From the NCBI RefSeq assembly GCF_032444005.1, contig NC_091286.1, forward strand, positions 45,136,001 to 45,200,000: DNA of 64,000 nucleotides, in the 5' to 3' direction. The DNA comes from Ranitomeya imitator. Lineage: Eukaryota. Below are positions 1 to 11,337 of this stretch, one piece after another. The position numbers were made by a program, and so were the translations under genes. Numbering within the stretch: position 1 is the stretch's first letter; every line of letters begins with the position of its first letter. The notes beneath the pieces are model-generated. The model was not told the origin of the DNA. It did not search any database and saw only the letters and a program-made list of their open reading frames with translations.

Positions 1-1313
1 GCGTTTAATCCAGATGCATAGGTGGCCTGTGGTAGTGGTTAGAAAGAAGAGTCCAAGTATTTTTCAAGCTAAGGACCAACCATTGGACACTTCCGACTTG
101 AGGCATAATGTTTCTCCTTGTGGAGAATGACATGCCTGACATGCCAGGGTAAGGAGGCTTATAGGCCGTGCAATACTTCTCTGGGAAAATTAAATATGCA
201 AGTTGCCTATAAGACTCCTTATACTGGCATGTCACGCTCCACAAGGAAAACCGTTCCCCTTAAACCCCAGTCAGAGACTTCTTTTACAGCCAAATCAGAT
301 TTCCTGGTTTACACTAAGGAGGGGCAAACACCCCAAAACACGACTGCATATTGAGATTCTGATTTGGATTTTATTCTGAGTCATGTGACAAGGCTCATGA
401 AAAGGTCGATATTGACTCTTAGGATTCCTACTTCTAATAGATAGCACTAGAGTTCAAGTCATCTTCTTTCTGAAGAAGCAATTTGGATATATAAATGGAA
501 TAAAAGTTTAATTTCTCACCAATTAAACATCTCTCTTAAACCACATGGTTATGGTCAGACTTCTTTTATAGAACCATATAATATTGGTTTTATGAGCAGA
601 CAAGAGGAGACCAGTTTCCTCCATGTGTATCTTCCGCTGCTGTAGAGAATTTATTCTGCAAAGATTTTGAAACCGATTTAGATAAATCGAGATTAAAAAA
701 AAGCTTTAAAGGATATGACATGCAGCAAATATTACAGCCTGTAGACAAAAGTAGGGGTAAAAAAGACAAAAAGCACATACCCATGTCTGTGTATGTGTAC
801 ATGTGCCAACGAGAAGGTGGGGGTGGATTTGCCATAACCATTTGTATAAAAAGCCAAAATTAGACTTATCCTCGTCCTTCCAGCCACCTTTTCTGGGAAA
901 CCCTTTTAGGGTGTGATGAGACATAATGGAAAATAGCTAATTAACCCCTTGCTCTCATCTACAATGAAGTTGACGTTATGAAACCTAAGAAAGCACATGT
1001 TCTCAGAATTTCCAACCCCTCAATAGTAAGTATATGACGCTCAGCCAATATTACATTGAGACAGGGAAGTCCGGGGAGGAAATGTCACAAAATTCAACAT
1101 TGTGTTTCTTTGTAGGGAGCATGATCTTTTTCGTGTTGATACATAACATGAAATATACAGCAAGCGATATAATGTATTTTTGCTACTCATCACCATAGTA
1201 GTCTTCCTTCACTGGGCGGAAAAAGAAAAATTCTCAGTTGTGTGGGAAAGACATTAGTATCATAGTGACCGAGCAACTAAACAAACTGTGACACAGAGAC
1301 TGGTTCACATCTA

Positions 1314-1462
1314 CAGTACAGACCAAAAGTTTGGACACACCTTCTCACATGTGTTAATTCATAGTTTTGATGCCTTCAGTGTGAATTTACAATTTTCATA
1401 GTCATGAAAATACAGAAAAATCTTTAAATGAGAAGGTGTGTCCAAACTTTTGGTCTGTACTG
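1314..1462. mobile_element. Tc1/mariner-type MITE (149 bp)
   Basis: Perfect 34 bp TIRs (CAGTACAGACCAAAAGTTTGGACACACCTTCTCA) with TA dinucleotide on both sides. Confidence 0.9.
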
Positions 1463-1555
1463 TACGTTCAACAAAACATAGTTTAACTCGTATCTCATAG
1501 TATTTCATTATAATCAAGGGTATAACAGATTAATTATAGAAATTATAATGGAAAT

Positions 1556-2171
1556 TGTAATGCTGGTGGGTGTGGACCCACAGTAGGGGTGTGACCAGTG
1601 GCCACCAGGTCTTCACTAGCGTCTCTGATGGTGAGGATAGGCTTGGGCCGCAGGATATCCAACCAGGTGCCAATCCAGGGCAGTGTCTGAACCTGCGGCA
1701 TCTGACTGAAGGGTAAGAGGAGGTAATGCGAGGTATAGAGGGGTGAGACAGAAGTATAGTCAGACGCTCTGGGATCGGAGGAGGCAGCACAGGTTCAGAA
1801 TATGTAGCCGAGGTCAGGAGCAGAGAAAACAGACAGGACAAGAAGATAAGCCGGGTCAGTAACAGCAGAGATAAACAAAAAAACACCTTGACTGGGACCT
1901 AGATGCTCAGGAAAAGGTGAGGAGGGAGGACCTGCCTGATATAGCACCTATTGGTTGGTGATAGGCTGGGTAATCTGTAGGACACAGTGGGGTTACATTC
2001 CTGCAGAATCTGGCCACGTGCCCCTGTAACCATGTGGAGACATCACGGATATGCAGCAGAACTGGAAGTGCTGCATGGACCCAACGTGGCGACCAGACAT
2101 GAGGATAAGCAGAGCGACAAGTGCAGTGAGTAGCAAGGCGGTTGAAACGCATGCGAGTTACTGCCGCGACA
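1556..2171. mobile_element. Possible degraded LTR-like repeat
   Basis: Begins TGTAA and ends GACA; purine-rich reiterated motifs similar in style to 17080-17400; no TSD found. Confidence 0.25.
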
Positions 2172-3399
2172 AAGATCATGTATGGCAAAATGTCCTATAG
2201 CTCAAGTAAATACACTTAGATCACTATGGATACCTATGGATACTTAAAGGAGCTGTCCATTTCAGTTTTACATTTAAAAAAATGTTTTGCGGACACGGTT
2301 TTGTGACACTTATTAATAATAAAAGTATTTCAGGTTCTCCTCCTCCTGTCCTTGTTAGTACCACCATCATTACAGGCTGCACAGATCTCCTGTTCTCAAC
2401 ATGGCCGCTGATGGAGGAGCATGAGACCAGACCTGTCCATCAAACTCTTCCAATTGAAAAACACTGCACGTGGGAAATAATTTTTTTTAGTGGATGAGGC
2501 TGATGGACAAATCTGGTCACACGCTCCTTCATCCGTAGCCAGTATGAGAACAGGAGAGATGTGCCGCATTTTCTCTCATCTGATAAAATTGGGCCGATTA
2601 TGCTAATCACACTCTGATCAGAGTTTCATGAAAGTGTGATCTCATTTTCTCGGATGTGGAAAAGATGGAAAAAAAAATTCTACATTTTCTCAACTCTGTT
2701 AGTCCATAAAAATCAGGCTGCACTTAGATGTTATCCAAATGTATTGACGGACACACTGACTTGCATGGCCTAGTGTGAACCAATTCACAGATGCAAATCA
2801 CGCATTCTAAGATATCTTCCTTTGATATGCTCGGTCTGAGGAACAAATTAGACATGTGCCCGGCCCCATAGAATAACATTGGTCTAGGTGTGAGTCGATG
2901 TTTTGTCGGGTCGCACTCGGACTGAGAACACGGTCGTCTGCACAAAACTAATACTTATATATTAGTGCCACAAAATCATGTCCCCAACACATCTGTTAAA
3001 AAAAAAGGAAAAGAGGACGACCCCATTATGTTTCGTTCTGTAGATCAAAAAAGCAGATCAGATGTTGTGGATGTAACACGACCAAATAATCATGAAACAA
3101 CAGAATTTTAAGGACACGGCGAGACGGTGCCGATAGCCACATGTCACCAAATCTCTGTCTACCTCGCAGGCCAAGTGCCATACAATTTTGTTTCCCAATT
3201 GTTCCACTATTGGTCTACTGCCACACTGCCATTTGTCCATACCCTAAAAGGTTAAGTAAAATCTTTAATGCCTTAGCATTTTAGACCAAGATGCATTGTG
3301 ACTAGTGATGAGCGAACATGCTGGGATAAGGTGTTATCTGAGCATGCGTGGGTGCTAGCCGAGTGTCTTCGGCGTGCTCGAATAATATGTTAACAGGGT

Positions 3400-3596
3400 A
3401 CACAGGAAGCAGCCAATCAGGGGTGTGCTGGGGTTATACAGAGCAGAGCATTCTGATCACTGCATCATCTAAAGCAGAGGAAACAGGGATTGTATCAAAA
3501 CTACACCAAAGCAGCACCGTAAGCGGAATCGGGGTCTCTGCCTCTACATCATGCTTCTCTCAGATTACATGGCAAAAACCTTCTGATAGATTCCCT
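3400..3596 (-). mobile_element. Truncated T2/Kolobok-type MITE end abutting the next MITE at a shared TTAA
   Basis: Ends GATAGATTCCCT|TTAA; its reverse complement resembles the element starting AGGGAATCTGTC at 45659. Confidence 0.55.
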
Positions 3597-3821
3597 TTAA
3601 AGGGAACCTGTCACCAGGTTTGGCCGATAAGAGATATGGCCATCACCTGTGTGGTTGATGAACAGACGCGTCATCCTCGTGCAGCAAGTAGGAGGACGGC
3701 GATTGTAAGACGATGGGAGGCGCCAGACCAAGACCAGTGACGCCCCGCAGGTGAGTATAATAAAAGTTATTTTTCCTCTCTTCCAGGTCGGGTTGGGGTC
3801 AGATATACAGCATTATAGAAT

Positions 3822-5238
3822 CAACCGCAACAACCAAGACCTGGAATGCCAAAAGGAGTAGATCCACACAGGAAATAGATATAAAATAGCCTTTATTACA
3901 GTGAGTGGCAAAAAAGTTATATATACATAAAAATTACATTAAAAAATACAATAAAAACAAGTACGCGATTTAATTTCAGGACAATGAGGAAAAAATATTT
4001 TTTTAAAAAATATATAGTAATGTATGGTGACCTCCAATCCCGGTTAATACAGATAGAAACCAGATTAAAAAAATAAAAAATAAAAAATAAAAAAAAATAA
4101 AAAAATTTTTAAATAAAAAATGTAAAAGAGTGCACTCCTAAATATCAGCTCAAGAAAACGCATTAAAGTGCATAAGTGCAAGAATTATAAATGCTATATG
4201 ATGGGCTAAAAAATGAAAAAACCACAATTAAAGAAAAAATATTACCCAATTCTTAGAGTGACAAAATATAGTGCTAAATATTGGAATCCAACCTTGTGCC
4301 ACATATGTTAATGTGTGGAGCCACAAAGCATAAGAGCACACAACTATAGTGTATAGTATGACCCTGACGAAGGAAAGTGTTTTCCGAAACGCGCGTCGGG
4401 GTGCGCGGTGTCAGGACCTGGCGTCTCTCCCTACAGGTAGTCTACAGATAGAATACTTATTATTTCTTTTTTCTGCACCTTGCACTTTTTTGGTGTGATT
4501 ACTTTGCAGCGGTGTGCTGCTTTCACGAGTGGCTCTGCACTCATTGAGTACATACTATAGCACAGAAATAAACGTGGCATACTATACACTATGGTTGTGT
4601 GCTCTTATGCTTTGTGGCTCCACACATTAACATATGTGGCAGAAGGTTGGATTCCTATATTTAGCACTATATTTTGTCACTCTAAGAATTGGGTAATATT
4701 TTTTCTTTAATTGTGGTTTTTTCATTTTTTAGCCCATCATATAGCATTTATAATTCTTGCACTTATGCACTTTAATGCGTTTTCTTGAGCTGATATTTAG
4801 GAGTACACTTTTTACATTTTTTATTTAAAAAATTTTTTTATTTTTTTATTTTTTATTTTTTATATCTGGTTTCTATCTGTATTAACCGGGATTGGAGGTC
4901 ACCATACATTACTATATATTTTAAAAAAAAATATTTTTTCCTTATTGTCCTGAAATTAAATCGCGTACTTGTTTTTATTGTATTTTTTAATGTAATTTTT
5001 ATGTATATATAACTTTTTTGCCACTCACTGTAATAAAGGCTATTTTATATCCATTTCCTGTGTGGATCTACTCCTTTTGGCATTCCAGGTCTTGGTTGTT
5101 GCGGTTGTTTCATACTCTAGTGTTCAGTCACTACTTCCTCACAGAGCACTGATACACAATATATATCTTTTTTTATATTCTTTTAGATCTATATTATTAT
5201 TGTTTTATGTTTTATTGGTGCATCTGTGTGTTCTAACA
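3822..5238 (+). mobile_element. Penelope-like retroelement remnant (inverted-repeat form)
   Basis: About 535 bp inverted arms (3822-4360 vs 4578-5107), an unpaired 3' tail to 5238, a 13 bp direct repeat AGCATTATAGAAT at 3809-3821 and 5239-5251, and a hammerhead-like motif at the start of the spacer. Family assignment is inferred from architecture; no ORF present. Confidence 0.65.
4361..4402 (+). ncRNA. Minimal type I hammerhead ribozyme-like motif (possibly decayed)
   Basis: CUGACGA (4364-4370), extra A, stem II GGAAA/UUUCC with GUGU loop, GAAA (4386-4389), palindromic ACGCGCGU stem III, GUC cleavage triplet (C4397). Stem I has only 2 in-register bp. Confidence 0.5.
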
Positions 5239-5801
5239 AGCATTATAGAATGCAGTATATCAGCCCTGAAAGGTGATGGCCATATCTCTTATCGGCCAAA
5301 ACTGGTGACAGGTTCCCTTTAAGTTCATTTTGCTTGTTCTAACTCATTGTGACCTGTTATCTAACTTTGAGAATTGTCCAATACTTGAACAATTACAATT
5401 TCTTAGCCATGACCATGAGATTGCTCTTTCGCTATTCAGCTGCCATGTATGTGCCATATCTACTCAAGCTTTGACTCCTAGAGTGCCTAGTAAGGACTCA
5501 AGCTCCTTCAGGACCAAAGTGCCTAAACTAAATGCACTTAACTGGGGCACATATTTGAAGGACTCTGCAGGTATTTCTAAACTGGCTTTCTAATTTGTAT
5601 CCATGTCTCTTGGAGCATAATGACAGAATGGGATCAGGGCGAGTGATTAGATTCTGCACAGAACCTATATAATTTGTATGAAATTTTCACATTTTAAAAC
5701 ATTCTACTTTTTACTAATCTGAGAATTTCCCCCAAATTATTTTTTTTACAGTAAATATATCTATATTAGGAAAATTACCATATAAAGGCAACAAAAATAT
5801 A

Positions 5802-6339
5802 CAGCTCTGGCAAAAATTAAGAGACCACTGCAAATTGTTCAGTTTGTCTGATTTTTCTCTTTATAGGTATACTGTTGAGTAAAATGTAAATTGTCCTTTT
5901 ATTCTATAAACTTCTGACAACATGTCTCCGAATTTCCAAGCAATACATTTTGTATTTTTTTCTGAAAAAGAGAAATGGTCAAAATTAAAAAAGACCCCCA
6001 GTGCTTTCAGACCTCAAATAATGCAAAGAAAACAAGTTTATAATCATTTAGAAACAACAATACTAATGTTATAACTCAGGAAGAGTTCAGAAATCAATAT
6101 TTTGTGGAATAACCATGATTTTTAATCCCAGCTTTCATGCGTCTTGGCATGCTTTCCACCAGTCTTTCACACTGCTCCTGGCGCACAAATATAAGCAGTT
6201 CTTCTTTGTTTGATGGCTCGTGACTATCCATCATCCTCTTGATCACATTCCAGAGGTTTTCAATGGGGTTCAGGTCTGGAGATTGGGCTGCCCATGACAG
6301 GGTTTTGATGTGGTGGTCTCTTAATTTTTGCTAGAGCTG
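5802..6339 (-). mobile_element. Internally deleted Tc1-like transposon
   Basis: 27 bp TIRs CAGCTCT(G/A)GCAAAAATTAAGAGACCAC, TA on both sides; minus strand encodes transposase C-terminus IKTLSWAAQSPDLNPIENLWNVIKR...LVESMPRRMKAGIKNHGYSTKY*. Confidence 0.9.
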
Positions 6340-7405
6340 TATATGATGGAACCTTTAACGACCTTTTCTTCAGATGCATTTTTTTTTGTTAACTACAAGA
6401 AAAGATTCTTTTTTTTTTACAAATGAGCACAATTGATCAGACCATTACCAGGCTCATTTCTACAATGTGGTGACTCTGGCATTTCTATGTATGCATGGGA
6501 GCATATAACATTGACTAACCTATAAAACTACAGTAGCTGGCACCATTACTGGCACCATTTAGAATCACATCGCATGGAGAAGACATTTTAACTGGAGAAT
6601 TCTAAAGAGACGTAAAAAACAAACAATCTGCTTTCCATATGGAGCCAATGTGTATGGTTGAAATAGTAGATGACATGAAACATGGAAATAACAAAGACCA
6701 CATGAACAAGTTTCTAATGGAAACTGGGCGAAAAAAAAAGTTAATGGAAAGAACAGATATCGTCTTGGAAGAATAGATTCTGGAATATGGTAACATCATC
6801 CCATAATGTTCTTCGCACATGATTGTTCACAGAAACCAATGTGACACAGTCCAACATCATAAGACCAAGCTTACAACCAGCATGTCGCTTATTTCAGAGG
6901 TTCCCAACCACTTGTAATGAGCCACTTTCAAACACAACAGATAAAACATTAAAAAGGATGTATAGGTTTTGTTTTCAAAAAATCTGGGAACATCAGGAAA
7001 GTTAGTGAAATAACTAATATTCACCTGATTAATAACCTACAATTCCAGCAAAGGCACAATGGAGGTGTCCATGGTCTTTGTCTACTTTCTTGCAGTGATG
7101 ATATCACGTACACTCATGTGACCTCTGCAGCTAGTCAGTGACCTCTGCAGCTAGTCAGTGACCTCAGCACTCTTGTGCTTTATGTGTTAAGATCATCGCT
7201 GAGGCCATTGCTTCACTGGTATTCAGCTCCATTTGTTGCACAGAACCTACATCGCACAATTCAAAGGTCGGATGAAGATTTGATATGTAGACCAGGACAT
7301 TATGTTCCATTTGTATGTATTGCTTAGAAATAAAATTGGGAAAGGAATTATCATTGAGCGCTAAGAATGCCAAGTTATTTTTGCATAGCCAATTATTTCA
7401 ATTAA

Positions 7406-7776
7406 AGGAGTTGTTCGGCCTTATTATGCGACCGAAGACTTCTTAATCCTGACAGCCTGTGCACCGTCAGGATTTACCGATATTGCTACTTGCTACCAAG
7501 AGCTGGGGGTCACTTGACGCCAAGTATGCGATATGCATACTTCCTGCCACATTCCGACTAGACATGACCGGCCTCACCCGATTCACTTATATTGAGAGTC
7601 TAGTTGGAATGTGGCCCAAAGCATATCGCAAAATTACTGTCACGTGGGCGCCGGCTCTTGACACCAATATTGGAGAATTCTGATAGGGTGCAGGTCCACA
7701 TTGTGAGGATTCAGAAATCTGTATTAAGACTACGTAAAGTGACTGCAGACTTTTATCATAATACTGGACAATCCCT
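7406..7776. mobile_element. Diverged T2/Kolobok-type MITE
   Basis: TTAA|AGGAGTTGTTCGG...CTGGACAATCCCT|TTAA; related sequence in opposite orientation begins at about 60880. Confidence 0.55.
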
Positions 7777-8786
7777 TTAAGTGTGGTTTATCCAACTTAT
7801 AAAATTCTTCGTGTCATAGGTACACCAGGTGCCCTTGTGAATGCAGTTCAGTTTTTCTGCCCCATTTGGTCTTGCTGGCTTGTCATTCAAGTCTTGGTTT
7901 AACTAGACCGGATCCCAGCTGTTCTACAAAGATCAGTTCTCTCTCTCTCTCTGGGGCAGGCATCTTCTTCTTTTGCACTAGATGTGAATGTTATGGCCTT
8001 TATTGCCTTCTCTGATTCTGTCCTCATCCAGTTACCTTTCCATCCCTGAAATTTTAGGCTACAAGTTCTTGCTCGTCACCAGCTTTCTTTCCACTATCTT
8101 GACTTGTCGTAAACCAACTACTACACACACGATTAGCCTTTCACATGCTGAAGGACTGACACGCACTGATTGGAGAGCACAACAACTTTCAAGTAGAAAA
8201 AACTTCAATCCAAAGTAGTAGATAAATGAATATTTATGAATCTGATCTGTTAGTTAGGGCTTCCATATATCAGTTGTCTCCAGCCACTTGATTTTTGCCT
8301 TAGCTTAACATAATTAACGACATGTTCATGTTTCCCAGGCATACATGCAATCATCTCTAGGACCAGTCCAGTTCCCCAACATTTGCCGGCAGCAAGTTCT
8401 TAGAAAACTTTGGAATCAGTTCTGATACCAGTTTTCCTCTGGTGATTCCTTTCTACATCACAGGAATATATGGAAATGAGACCCTACAAGCAAAAACATA
8501 TATTACCATTAAATAATATTTATTATTATTGTTTTTGATTCTTTCATTTCATGCTTTTCATTTATCATTATGTCATTTTATATCAGTTTCTGGTATTTTG
8601 GAAGTGTACATTATATAATATTAATTTCATATTTTTATTATATAGAAATATAATAAAATGTATACTGTATATTTTAAAAATATTTATTTATTCGAAATAT
8701 CTTATTATTTATCATTCTGTCAATTCATTCTTTTTATTTATTATTCTATCATTTTTATATCGGTTTTGAAATGTTAGGAGTGCACA

Positions 8787-10023
8787 TCTATATATATAAT
8801 TGTCTAAGGGTCACTTTCGTCTGTCCTTCTGTCACGGTTATTCGTTCGCTGATTGTTCTTGGCAGCTGCCTGTCATGGCTGCTGCGACCAATCAGCGAGG
8901 GCCACAGTCCGATTAGTCCCTCCCCTACTCCCCTGCACTCACTGCCCGCCGCCCGCTCCATAATCCCCTCCGCTCACCGCTCACACAGGGTTAATAGCAG
9001 CGGTAACGGCCCGCGGTGTAACGCGCTCCGTTACCGCTGCTATTAACCCTGTGTGTCCCCAACTATTTACTATTGATGCTGCCTATGCAGCATCAATAGT
9101 AAAAATGTCATGTTAAAAATAATAAAAAAAAAAAAACCTGCTATACTCACCCTCCGCCGCCTTTGCCGCTCCTCGCCACGCTCCCAGGACCGCTCCATTG
9201 CAAGCGCCAGCTTCCGCTCCCAGGGCTGCTGTGCGACAAGGACCTGCCGTGACGTCGCGGTCATGCGACCGCGACATCATCATAGGTCCTGCTCACAGCA
9301 GCCCTGGGAGCGGAAGCTGACGCTTGCAATGGAGCGGTCCCGGAAGTGTCCAGAGGAACCGAAAAGGCGGCGGAGAGTGAGTTTAGCAGGACTTCAACGG
9401 GCCTTCGGAAGGTGAGTATATGTTTATTTGTTTTTTAAGTCTGTATACTACATGGCTCTGTGCTGGGCAATATACTATGTGGCTGGGCAGTATACTATGT
9501 GGCTGGGCAATATACTACGTGGCTAATATACTATGTGGCTGGACAATATACTCCATCGCTGGGAAATATAGTACGTGACTGAGCAATATACTACGTGACT
9601 GGGCAATATACTATGTCGCTGGGCAATATACTACGTGACTGGGCAATATACTACGTGGCTGGGCAATATACTATGTGGCTGGGCAATATACTACGTGGCT
9701 GGGCAATATACTATGTGGCTGGGCAATATACTACGTGGCTGGGCAATATACTATGTAGCTGGGCAATATACTACGTCGCTGGGCAATATACTACGTCGCT
9801 GGGCAATATACTATGTGGCTGGGCAATATACTACGTGGCAATATACTACGTGACTGGGCAATATACTACGTCACTGAGCAATATACTACGTGACTGGACA
9901 ATATACTACGTGGCTGGGCAATATACTACATGACTGTGCAATATACTACATCACTGGGCAATATACTACATGGACATGCAAATTCTAGAATACCCGATGC
10001 GCTAGAATCGGGCCACCATCTAG
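8787..10023 (+). mobile_element. Non-autonomous Helitron (1237 bp)
   Basis: 5' TC, 3' CCCGAT..ATCGGG hairpin followed by CTAG, inserted between A and T with no TSD; termini shared with 48687-48953. Confidence 0.8.
9455..9970. repeat. 20 bp minisatellite inside Helitron (GGCTGGGCAATATACTA(C/T)GT)n
   Basis: Direct tandem array of about 25 units. Confidence 0.95.
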
Positions 10024-10589
10024 TTATATAATATTAGTTTAATAATTTTCAGTTGAAATCTGTTTTCTTGTCAATAAAAATATTACATTAATAACTAAAT
10101 AAATTCTTAGTTGTAATAAACACGAATTCAAATGTAATATATACTGCATGATTTCAATATTTCAGCAGCAGTGTAAATCAGTAAAACCTTGTCAGCTACC
10201 AATAGTTGAGTTTATATATTTACTCAGTGCCAGTCAACTGTGATCTGGACATCTCCTTTCATATGTGAATGTAGTCCCTTCATATTACACTGTGATGTGA
10301 TATGTAAATTTATTTTCCCAAGGGGCCACATGAGAAACCTTATCTGTTGTGGAGAGCAGTACCAATAGGCCAAACTTAATTTTGCTAATTATTATTGCTT
10401 TATATACATTTTTAGCATTTAACATTGAGCAGAATTAAGTCTGGTGACTCACTAAAACTGCTTATATGTTACGATAGGGCTTATCATCCCCAATATCCTT
10501 ACCTGGAGCAGCAAATCAAAACTATATAATTTTTATAAATTTTATATAAAGCATTAAATCATACCCCTCCTGTTATTCAACCATTGTAC

Positions 10590-11010
10590 CTTGATCAACA
10601 GCTCCCAACACAATATGATGCCTCCACAGTCCCCACACATCTCCCCACACTGTATGATTTTCCTACACAGCCCCTGAAACAGTATGATATCCCCTCAAAC
10701 TGTGAAAAACGGTTTGAGGTACCTACAAAGCCCCCCCACACACAGTATGATGCCCCCACAAAGCCCCTCAAACAAAATAGTGTTCATAAAGCTCCACACA
10801 GTATGATGTCCCCACAAAGCACCCCACACAGTATAATGCCCCCACACATCCCTCCATCAAGTATGATCTCCTCACATAGCCCCTCAAACAGTATGATGTG
10901 TCCACACACAGTATGATGTCCCAAGAAGCCCCTCACAGAGTATGATGCTTCCATAAAGCCCCCACACAGCATGATATCCCAACACTGCCCCACACAGTAT
11001 ATTGTCCCCA
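10590..11010. repeat. Degenerate minisatellite (CCCCCACACAGTATGATG-like, about 23 bp period)
   Basis: Recurring CAGTATGAT core with variable C/A-rich spacers. Confidence 0.75.
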
Positions 11011-11337
11011 AAGTACTATAGAGTAGTGTGCTCCTTATACAGTATTATATATGCATATAGATATATAAATAAAACTACTCACCTAACACCATTTACCCTC
11101 TGCTCCTCTCTGCTCTGTGTTTTGAGGCACAGCTAGCATGATGTAGTGACATTCTCAAACACACAGGCTCAGTGATGAAAGAAGGAACTGTCTGCTTCCT
11201 GTTCCATCATTGTATCGACTGGTATCTGCATCCCGAGGATGCAGATATTGATGAAATTCAAATGCCTGGTGTAGGGTGCAGCGTGGTGGGGTATGCCACT
11301 ATTTCCAGTCCCTTGGTTGTCGTGGTTCATGAGCTGC

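Larger units (their letters stand above)
3601..5318. mobile_element. T2/Kolobok-type MITE interrupted by a 1.4 kb insertion
   Basis: TTAA|AGGGAACCTGTCACCAG...CTGGTGACAGGTTCCCT|TTAA; TIR similarity continues through GGCCGATAAGAGATATGGCCATCACC. Confidence 0.85.

Noticed and set aside
7118-7165. 20 bp tandem duplication GTGACCTCTGCAGCTAGTCA
   Set aside because: Ordinary local slippage; no further structure.
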